Origin: an uncultured delta proteobacterium
Lineage (GTDB): Bacteria; Desulfobacterota; Desulfobacteria; Desulfobacterales; Desulfatirhabdiaceae
Direction of reading: 5' to 3'
DNA length: 64,000 nt
Assembly (NCBI GenBank): GCA_963789395.1
Contig: CAWBKP010000014.1
Location: 320,001-384,000 of the forward strand
The position numbers were made by a program, and so were the translations under genes. Shown here piece after piece: positions 30,720 through 38,351 of the stretch (position 1 is the stretch's first letter; each line of letters opens with the position of its first letter). The notes under the pieces are model-generated. The model was not told the origin of the DNA and did no database searches. It saw nothing but the letters and a program-made list of their open reading frames with translations.

Positions 30720-31730
30720 ATGAAAAACAGATCTATTTTTTCCGCATGTTGTGTGGCCCTGATGCTCTTTACCTTCGGCATTGCCCAGGCAGCCGATCCC
30801 ATTGTACTCAAATTCAGCCATACCGATCAGCAAGCGGGCCTGCGCCAAGCAGCGGCGCTGAAGTTTGCCGAAAAAGTCGCGGAGTATACAGCCGGACGTT
30901 ACAAAGTGCAGGTCTATTGTTGCGGACAGCTCGGCAATGACCCGAAGAACATTGAACAGCTTGCCCTGGGAGGAATCGATTTTACGGTCTCCAGCACCGG
31001 ATCCTATGCGCCGCACGTGGACTCCCTGAATCTGACCATGCTCCCCTATCTGGTCGAAACGTACGAACAGGGCTGGAAATTCTATGATGAATCAAAATGG
31101 CTCCAGGCGCAGTTCGACAAGGCTCCGGCCAAAGGCTTCCGTTTCCTGGCCACATGGGAAGCCGGTTTCCGCTGCATGACCACCAAGGATCCCCTGGCAA
31201 CGCCGGCAGATGCCGCCGGCAAAAAACTGCGCACTTTCCCCAATGAGATGATGCGCTGGACGCTCGAAGCCATGGGTTTCGGCATTCAGATCATGCCGCT
31301 GCCCGAAGTCTATCTGGCCATCCAGCAAGGCGTGGTCAGCGGTCAGGAAAATCCCGTGGATACCATCTACTCCAACAAATTCTATGAAGTGGCCCCCTAT
31401 GTGACACTGACCAAGCATGTGTACAGCCCCATTCCTCTGACTATCTCCGAAAAGACCTGGCAGAAGCTCTCTGCTGATGACCAGAAGGCCATTACCAAGG
31501 CTGCCAAGGAAGTCGCCACCTGGCACCGCAACGAAATCGTCGCGGTCGAAGGAAAGCAACTGGATGAAATGGCCGGCAAAGGTGCCAAGGTCAGCAAGCC
31601 CGAACTGAGCGCGTTCCGCAAGGCCGTTTTACCGGTGTATGACAGGGCCAAGGAAAAATACGGCGCTGCCGAGGTCGAAGCCCTGATGAAGGAAGCCGAG
31701 GCCATCCGAAACACCAATCCCGCAAAATAA
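30720..31730 (+). CDS. dctP: TRAP transporter substrate-binding protein
   Basis: Signal peptide; EAGFR, KKLRT (carboxylate-binding Arg), EVYLAIQQGVVSGQENP. Confidence 0.93.
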   Translation: MKNRSIFSACCVALMLFTFGIAQAADPIVLKFSHTDQQAGLRQAAALKFAEKVAEYTAGRYKVQVYCCGQLGNDPKNIEQLALGGIDFTVSSTGSYAPHVDSLNLTMLPYLVETYEQGWKFYDESKWLQAQFDKAPAKGFRFLATWEAGFRCMTTKDPLATPADAAGKKLRTFPNEMMRWTLEAMGFGIQIMPLPEVYLAIQQGVVSGQENPVDTIYSNKFYEVAPYVTLTKHVYSPIPLTISEKTWQKLSADDQKAITKAAKEVATWHRNEIVAVEGKQLDEMAGKGAKVSKPELSAFRKAVLPVYDRAKEKYGAAEVEALMKEAEAIRNTNPAK

Positions 31731-31778
31731 TTTTCTGAATGCGGCGGCTTTCCTGCCGCCGCTTCCAAGGAATGCTTC

Positions 31779-32285
31779 ATGGACATGACAACACTGCGCG
31801 CACCGGCACCGATACGCTGGCTGGAACAAGTACTGAACCTTGTTCTGATACTGGCCGGATCCATCATGGTTGTTCTCGTCTTCTCAAACGTGGTCACTCA
31901 TATTTTCAACAAGGATATCGCCTGGACCACAGAATTATGCGAATTTCTTATGGTGTGGGCATCCTTTCTGGGCGGAGCCACTGCCGCGCGCTTCGGCGCA
32001 CACATGACCATCACCGAATTTCTGGATAAGCTCGGAGACAGTGGCCGCCTCAAGGCCGACGGTGCCATCCAGATTCTTTGTCTCATCGTGCTGGCACTGC
32101 TCATGTGGTACGGCCTGATCATCGTCAATGCCAACTGGGGAAACCAACTCACCGTGCTCGGCTGGCCCATGGCTTTCCAGTATATGGCACTGCCCGTGGG
32201 TGCTGCCCTGAGCTTTATTTTTGTGGCCTATGACCTGTTTCAGATCATCAAAGGCGTTTCACGCAAAGAGCGATACGGAGAATAA
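31779..32285 (+). CDS. dctQ: TRAP small permease
   Basis: 4 TM; WTTELCEFLMVWASFLG, HMTI. Confidence 0.9.
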   Translation: MDMTTLRAPAPIRWLEQVLNLVLILAGSIMVVLVFSNVVTHIFNKDIAWTTELCEFLMVWASFLGGATAARFGAHMTITEFLDKLGDSGRLKADGAIQILCLIVLALLMWYGLIIVNANWGNQLTVLGWPMAFQYMALPVGAALSFIFVAYDLFQIIKGVSRKERYGE

Positions 32286-32288
32286 CCC

Positions 32289-33575
32289 ATGCTGGCACTG
32301 AGCCTTTTCTTCATTTTTTGCATCATCGCATGCCTCGGCGTGCCCCTCATGTACGCATTGATCGCAACAACCCTTGGCATGATTCTGTTCGCCGGCATGA
32401 CCTATCCCATTGAAACGATCCTCCTGACGTTCATCTCCGGGGTGGAACCGTTCATCCTGATCGCGGTACCGCTGTTCATTTTCGCCGGCGAACTGCTGTC
32501 CAAGGGAGGCGTCGGCAAACGCATCGTGGATTTCACCCAGACCCTGTTCGGGTTTCTCCCCGGAGGCCTTGGCGTGGTCACCTGTATCTCCTGCCTGCTG
32601 TTTGGAGGCGTTTCCGGATCGGCCATCGCGGACACGGCAGCCATCGGTTCAATGGTCATCCCCATGATGAAACGAAAAGGCTATGAACCCGCCTTTGCCG
32701 CTGCCCTGCTTTCCGTGGCAGGAACCCTGGCGCTGCTCATGCCACTTTCCATCCCCTTTCTGGTCTATGCCTTCATTGCCGGCGTTTCCATGCGACAGCT
32801 GTCCATGTCCGGCATCGGGCCGGCCATCATCTCGGCCATGGCCCTCATGGGTGTGTGCATGTGGTATGGCCGCAAAACCGGATGCGATTCCGGCGGACGG
32901 ATCTCAAGTTTGAAGGAAATCTGGACGGCCTTCCGGGCTGCCTCCAGCGCCCTGGTCATGCCGGTTATCATCGTTGGCGGGATTTGGTCCGGCACGTTCA
33001 CGCCAACGGAAGCCGCGGCTGTCGCCGTCGTATACGGGCTGGTCATCTCCATTTACATCTATAAAGATATCACCTGGAAAGATGTACCCCCCCTGCTGCT
33101 CAAGGCGTTTCAGACCAGCGCAACGGTCATGCTGGTCATCGGCGCCACGGGATGCCTGTCCTGGCTGCTGACAGTGGAACAGGTGGCCGTGCAACTTACC
33201 GAGTGGGTTCGGTTGGTGGCTCACGAACCATGGGTGTTCCTGCTTCTGGTCAATATCGTGCTTTTTCTGCTCGGCATCTTTATCGAACCGCTTCCGGCAA
33301 TGCTACTGTCGGCACCGCTGCTGCTGCCCATGGCCAAGAACTTCGGCGTGGACATGGTCCACTTCGGCGTGGTGGTTACGGCCAATCTGGCCATTGCCCT
33401 GTACACACCCCCTGTGGGCGGGACGCTTTTTGTGGCGGCCAAACTGGCCGGCGCAGGGATCGGCGCCATCACCAAGCATCTTATGCCGCTCATGGGAGCC
33501 ACCCTGCTGATGCTGATCATTATAACCTACGTGCCGCAGCTGACCCAGTTCATTCAGTGGATGCTCCTGCGCTGA
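32289..33575 (+). CDS. dctM: TRAP large permease
   Basis: IAVPLFIFAG, GVSGSAIAD, FTPTEAA, TPPVG. Confidence 0.93.
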   Translation: MLALSLFFIFCIIACLGVPLMYALIATTLGMILFAGMTYPIETILLTFISGVEPFILIAVPLFIFAGELLSKGGVGKRIVDFTQTLFGFLPGGLGVVTCISCLLFGGVSGSAIADTAAIGSMVIPMMKRKGYEPAFAAALLSVAGTLALLMPLSIPFLVYAFIAGVSMRQLSMSGIGPAIISAMALMGVCMWYGRKTGCDSGGRISSLKEIWTAFRAASSALVMPVIIVGGIWSGTFTPTEAAAVAVVYGLVISIYIYKDITWKDVPPLLLKAFQTSATVMLVIGATGCLSWLLTVEQVAVQLTEWVRLVAHEPWVFLLLVNIVLFLLGIFIEPLPAMLLSAPLLLPMAKNFGVDMVHFGVVVTANLAIALYTPPVGGTLFVAAKLAGAGIGAITKHLMPLMGATLLMLIIITYVPQLTQFIQWMLLR

Positions 33576-33689
33576 TCCGCACGTTCAGAAAATCTGTCGC
33601 AATTTTCAGGCGAACCTGGACGCAAGTTCCGGCACAGGTGCCTAAATTTGTCTAACCGATAAAAAAAACACCAACTGGAGAAAAGCAAG

Positions 33690-34655
33690 ATGTTAAAACT
33701 GGCAATCATCACAGGGTTTCTTTCTCAAACAAAAGACCGTTTTCACCAATACAACGCGCCGCTGGCCCTGGAGGAGAAATTCAAGCTGATGACCGAAATC
33801 GAAGGGTATACGGGCGTTGAGATCGTCTATCCATATGAAGTCAGCGATGTGGAAAAAACCATGGCGGCGCTTGCCAAATACCATCTGGAAGTGGCGGCGG
33901 TGAATGTCAATGTCAAGGCCGAGCCGGAATTCAGAAATGGGGGTCTTACGTCCCTGGACCCGGAAATCCGGGCCAAAGCCGTACAGTTTATCAAAAACGC
34001 CAAGGATTTTGCGGCCGGGATCGGCGCCGACAAGGTCACCTGCTGTCCCCTGGGGGACGGCTATGAGTTCTCCTTTCAATATGACTATGCCGCAGCCTGG
34101 AAACATCTGATCGAAACCTTCGGCGAGGCCGGCAGCTACCGCCAGGAAATTCCCCTCTTTATCGAATACAAACCCAGTGAAACGCGCGGGCGGTGTTTTG
34201 TCGATACCGCTGCCAAGGCCCTCTGCCTGCTGAATGACATCAAGATTCCGGCCATGGGAATCACCCTTGATTTCGGCCATTCCATGTACGGCAATGAAAA
34301 CCCGGCCGAGGTGGTGGCGCAGCTTCACGCCAGTCCCTATAAATATTATGTTCACATCAATGATAACGACGGCAAATGGGATTGGGACTATTTTTGCGGC
34401 ACCAAACACTTTCTTGAATATGTCGAGTTCCTCTACTACCTGAAAAAATACGGGTATAACGACTACTTCACATCGGACACGTCGCCGACGCGCTGGGATA
34501 TCCGGGGAACTTTCGAGGCCAACAGCCGGCTGACCTTGAAAATCTGGCAGATGCTCGACCGCATCGATACCCCAAGGCTGGAATCGCTGATGAACCGGGG
34601 AGATTATCTCGAAACCTGGAAATTCGTCGAGCAGAACATCTTCTCGATGAAATAG
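33690..34655 (+). CDS. Xylose-isomerase-family TIM-barrel sugar isomerase
   Basis: Metal-ligand motifs IEYKPSE, LDFGH, HINDN...WDWD. Confidence 0.85.
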   Translation: MLKLAIITGFLSQTKDRFHQYNAPLALEEKFKLMTEIEGYTGVEIVYPYEVSDVEKTMAALAKYHLEVAAVNVNVKAEPEFRNGGLTSLDPEIRAKAVQFIKNAKDFAAGIGADKVTCCPLGDGYEFSFQYDYAAAWKHLIETFGEAGSYRQEIPLFIEYKPSETRGRCFVDTAAKALCLLNDIKIPAMGITLDFGHSMYGNENPAEVVAQLHASPYKYYVHINDNDGKWDWDYFCGTKHFLEYVEFLYYLKKYGYNDYFTSDTSPTRWDIRGTFEANSRLTLKIWQMLDRIDTPRLESLMNRGDYLETWKFVEQNIFSMK

Positions 34656-34666
34656 CGAGGCGATTC

Positions 34667-36080
34667 ATGACTGACAATGCCGTGCTGGATATCGGTTATC
34701 TGGATACCCTGCCTCCCGAGTGGAAAACCGATCTGCTTTCCGATATTCGGAAGAAGATCGGAAAATCGAACGCCAAGGTCGTTATCCTCGATGACGACCC
34801 GACCGGAACCCAGACTGTCCGCGACCTTCCGGTCCTGACCCACTGGTCGGAACAGGCACTTTGCGAGGAGTTGGCCGGCAGGTATCCGGCGTTTTTTATC
34901 CTCACCAACAGCAGAAGCCTTCCCGAATCCGGGGCCTGCAAACTGGCACATGAGATTGGAACCCTTCTGCGGCGCGCTTCGGAACTGACCGGCATCCGCA
35001 CCGTAGTGATCAGCCGCAGCGATTCCACCCTTCGCGGGCACTTTCCTGCCGAGGTGGATGAGATGGCACGGGGCATGGGAAAGGAAAAGCTTCCTTACCT
35101 GATCCTGCCGTTTTTTCTCGAAGGCGGCAGGTACACCCTGAACGATATCCACTATGTGCGGGAAGGTGATCAACTGATTCCGGCGGCCCTTACTCCCTTT
35201 GCCAGGGACGCGGCCTTTGGATTCCGTCATTCGAATCTCAGGCAGTGGGTTGAAGAAAAGACAAGGGGGAAAATCGGCGCTGCCGGCGTAATTTCCATCA
35301 GCCTTGACGACATTCGCCTTGGCGGGCCTGACCGGGTGGCAAAAATTCTACTCGGCGTGCCGCCGGCCGGAGCCTGCATCGCCAATGCAGCCGGTTACCG
35401 CGATATGGAAGTTCTGGTCTCTGCCCTTCTGGATGTTGAAAGCAGCGGAAAGGAGTTTCTCTACCGCACCGCCGCATCCTTTGTCCGAACCCGGACCGGC
35501 ATGGACCACCGGGGAGCGACTGCTCACAAAGGAAGACTTGATCAGCGGCAGCAGGCATGGCGGGTTTTTTGTCATCGGCTCCTATGTTGAAAAAACCAGC
35601 CGGCAGGTAAAGGCACTGTTTGCAAAGACAGACATTGCCACCATTGAAGTCCGGGTGAATGCGCTGCTCGATCCCGCCAAAAACGGCAGCGAAATAACCC
35701 GCGTTGCCGAAGAAACTTCGGCCGCACTCACCGTTGGCAGGGATACCGCCGTCTTCACCAGCAGGGAACTGATTTGCGGAAAGGATGCCGAATCCAGCCT
35801 CAATATCGGGCGAACGGTAAGCAACGGGCTCATCGAGATCGTCCGCCGGATCAGCGTTCAACCGCGCTACATAGTGGCAAAAGGCGGTATCACCTCAAGC
35901 GATATCGCCACCAAAGGGCTTGGGGTCAGGCGGGCAATGATCCTCGGACAGGCCCTGCCGGGGGTTCCCGCCTGGAGATTGGGGAACGAGACACGATACC
36001 CGGGGATGGCCTACATTGTCTTTCCGGGAAATGTCGGAGACAGCGACGCCCTGGTACGTATTCAGCAGAATCTGAAATAA
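34667..36080 (+). CDS. Four-carbon acid sugar kinase family (DUF1537) protein (+1 frameshift at 35511-35514)
   Basis: LDDDPTGTQTV, TNSRS, RSDSTLRGHFP, GSY...T..Q, AKGGITSSD, FPGNVG; removing one G from GGGG joins the two ORFs. Confidence 0.9.
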
Positions 36081-36137
36081 ACGGAAAAACAAAAAAAGAA
36101 TCTATAATAATTAATCACACACTTACAGGAGACAATC

Positions 36138-36983
36138 GTGAAACATAACGTTAAGACGATCCAGAAGATGAAAGATGACAAACAAATCATCACCATGCTC
36201 ACCGCCTATGACTACCCCACCGCCAAGAAGGTCAACAATGCCGGAATCGACATGATCCTTGTCGGAGACTCCTGTGCGATGGTGGTGCATGGTCATCCCA
36301 ATACCCTCACCGCCACCATGGACATGATGGTCCTTCATTGCGGTTCGGTTGCCAGGGCGTGCGACCGCACCATGGTCATTGCCGATATGCCCTTTGGATC
36401 CTTCCAGTACGGCGTTGAGGAAACCATGCGCAATGCCGCCCGGTTCGTCACCGAGGCCGCGGTGGATGGTGTGAAATTTGAAGCCACCCACAATCATATT
36501 GCAAAAACCAAAGCCGTTGTCGAAATGGGCATCGCCGTTGTCGGCCACGTGGGTCTACATCCCCAGGCCATCGGCGCCCTGGGCGGCCTGAAGGTTCAGG
36601 GCAAGGATGTCGAAACCGCCCGAAAAGTGGTTTCAGAGGCGCTGGCCCTCCAGGAGGCGGGCGTTTTTGCCATTATCTTTGAGGCGGTGCCTGCAAAACT
36701 TTCCGCCTATGTCACCCGGAAGCTGAGAGTCCCCACGATCAGCATCGGTGGCGGCCCGGGCTGCTCCGGCCAGCTTCTGGTCACCCCCGACGTGCTCGGG
36801 CTCTTTGACAGATTCACGCCGTCATTTGCCAAAAAATATCAGGATGTCGGCACGCTGATGCTGAACACCTTCAAGCAGTATGCGGAAGAGGTTCAAAACG
36901 GCGTCTTCCCCGGAGAGGAGCATAGCTACAAGATGTCCGACGAAGTCCTTGAAGCCATCGAGCAGGAATTCGGAAAGGCATAG
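36138..36983 (+). CDS. panB: PanB-family (ketopantoate hydroxymethyltransferase-like) enzyme, divergent
   Basis: LTAYD, ILVGDS, ADMPF, GHVGL.PQ, FP.EEHSY; GTG start with AGGAG RBS. Confidence 0.85.
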   Translation: MKHNVKTIQKMKDDKQIITMLTAYDYPTAKKVNNAGIDMILVGDSCAMVVHGHPNTLTATMDMMVLHCGSVARACDRTMVIADMPFGSFQYGVEETMRNAARFVTEAAVDGVKFEATHNHIAKTKAVVEMGIAVVGHVGLHPQAIGALGGLKVQGKDVETARKVVSEALALQEAGVFAIIFEAVPAKLSAYVTRKLRVPTISIGGGPGCSGQLLVTPDVLGLFDRFTPSFAKKYQDVGTLMLNTFKQYAEEVQNGVFPGEEHSYKMSDEVLEAIEQEFGKA

Positions 36984-36993
36984 ACGGATCACC

Positions 36994-37029
36994 GAGTTGC
37001 GGCAGGGGGCATTTGCTGCCGCAACGCTC
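36994..37029 (+). terminator. Hairpin after the panB-like gene
   Basis: GAGTTGCGGCAG...CTGCCGCAACGCTC. Confidence 0.55.
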
Positions 37030-37110
37030 CTGCGTCTGATTGCCGGGTCAAAACAACCCGCCCAGCCTGTTTTTTTCGCACCTTTCCGATGGGCGTATCG
37101 GTTCGGCAAG

Positions 37111-37317
37111 GGACTGGTTGGAAACATCATCGAGGCCGATTTTTGACTTTTTCACGTAATCATCAATCTGATTCTGGCCGGGGATAACGCGGTGGTTATT
37201 GCCATGGCGGTACGATCCCTGCCCAACGCCCAGCGCGGCAAAGGAATCCTGTGGGGGGCTTCGGCTGCCGTGCTGCTCTTCGAACTGGGTCTCAGCATCC
37301 CGTTCGTTGTGCTATCC
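37111..37317 (+). pseudogene. Internally deleted TerC/YjbE-family membrane protein relic
   Basis: In-frame GLVGNIIEADF*LFHVIINLILAGDNAVVIAMAVRSLP..QR.KGILWGASAAVLL joined directly to the C-terminal motif F.LGLSIPFVV. Confidence 0.75.
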
Positions 37318-37530
37318 AGAATCTGCAACGATTTTGATTCCCAGCCCCAGCGACTTCCGGTTCATATCCAGAAAGCCGGGGGAATGCGGGTTTCCAGCAC
37401 GCGCAGCATGGCGTTCAGCGCCACCCGGCTCCAGCACCTTCTTGTGGGGCGGAACGCCACGCAGATCCAGCAGCCCTTGTACCAGTCCCGGTTGATCACG
37501 TGCGCTTTCAACTTGGGGGTTGTCAGTCAT
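37312..37530 (-). pseudogene. Collapsed relic of a korDABC paralog (korD 5' + korB fragment + korC 3')
   Basis: Three consecutive segments match about 60629-60725, 59269-59291 and 58013-58090 of this window. Confidence 0.85.
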
Positions 37531-37560
37531 CCTTCCTTTACCGGCTTTGTAAAAATACAT

Positions 37561-37650
37561 CCTCCCCTTTGGAAAGGGGCGCCCGGGGGGATTTCAGACG
37601 AACTGCTGAAAAATCCCCCTCAATCCCCCTTTTTCAAAGGGGGAGTCTTT
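37561..37650. repeat. Inverted pair of REP-like repeats
   Basis: CCTCCCCTTTGGAAAGGGGCGCCCGGGGGGATTT ... AAATCCCCCTCAATCCCCCTTTTTCAAAGGGGGAGT. Confidence 0.75.
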
Positions 37651-37699
37651 TTATTGTCAGGGGTGACGTCCTCTGAAACAATTCATGAACGTTTCGATT

Positions 37700-38347
37700 T
37701 CATTTACTGGTCAGCGCCTTCAGCCAGGCCGAAAACCGGGTTTCACCGGCCGGCCTGAGGCCGAATTCCGCGCCGGCATCACGTATTGCATGAACCATGC
37801 AGTGGCCGTATCCTCTGGAACAGGTCAGCAGCAACCCGCCGGACCCGTCATCACCTTTCTCCAGGGCCACGATCTGACAGGGAACATGGCTGAAGGGCCC
37901 CTGCAATAAAAACGGGGCGGCTTTTTCCGGATCGAGAAAATCCAGGGATGTCAGTTTTTCGGCAATGGAAAAGACGCGGGGCCCGAACAGGGCCAGAAAC
38001 ACGGTCGATTCGGTGACATCCGTATAAGCCGGCTCGGCCGGCAGCTCCGGTGATTCCGCGTTCAGATGCCAGATGGCGGCCTGGGTCCGGTTCATCCGGT
38101 TGATCAGGATCCCGTTTTTCAGGCCGCACGCACCCGGTGCCCCCGGAACCTCAAGGCCCGGGGGGCTGAGCGTGTTCAGCTCCCGGTCCTGAAGATCCCA
38201 CCGGGTCTTGTGACAGAGATCCACCAGAAACGGTCCCTGGCCCTCGTCGTCGTAGGACAGTGCAATCGTCCAGTTGTTGCGCGTTTCAGTCGTCCGGGGC
38301 AGCCCCAATTGAACAGGAGAAAGTCTTTGTATGCTCTGCATCGTCAT
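37700..38347 (-). CDS. soxG: Sarcosine oxidase gamma-like subunit
   Basis: Position after the alpha subunit; GcvT-like features (LVDL, TDVTE, L.GP, SRGYG); divergent. Confidence 0.65.
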   Translation of the reverse strand: MTMQSIQRLSPVQLGLPRTTETRNNWTIALSYDDEGQGPFLVDLCHKTRWDLQDRELNTLSPPGLEVPGAPGACGLKNGILINRMNRTQAAIWHLNAESPELPAEPAYTDVTESTVFLALFGPRVFSIAEKLTSLDFLDPEKAAPFLLQGPFSHVPCQIVALEKGDDGSGGLLLTCSRGYGHCMVHAIRDAGAEFGLRPAGETRFSAWLKALTSK

Positions 38348-38351
38348 TTCC

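Noticed and set aside
37192..37758. 188-aa ORF as a real gene
   Set aside because: Chimera of the TerC relic, antisense kor relic and REP-like repeats.
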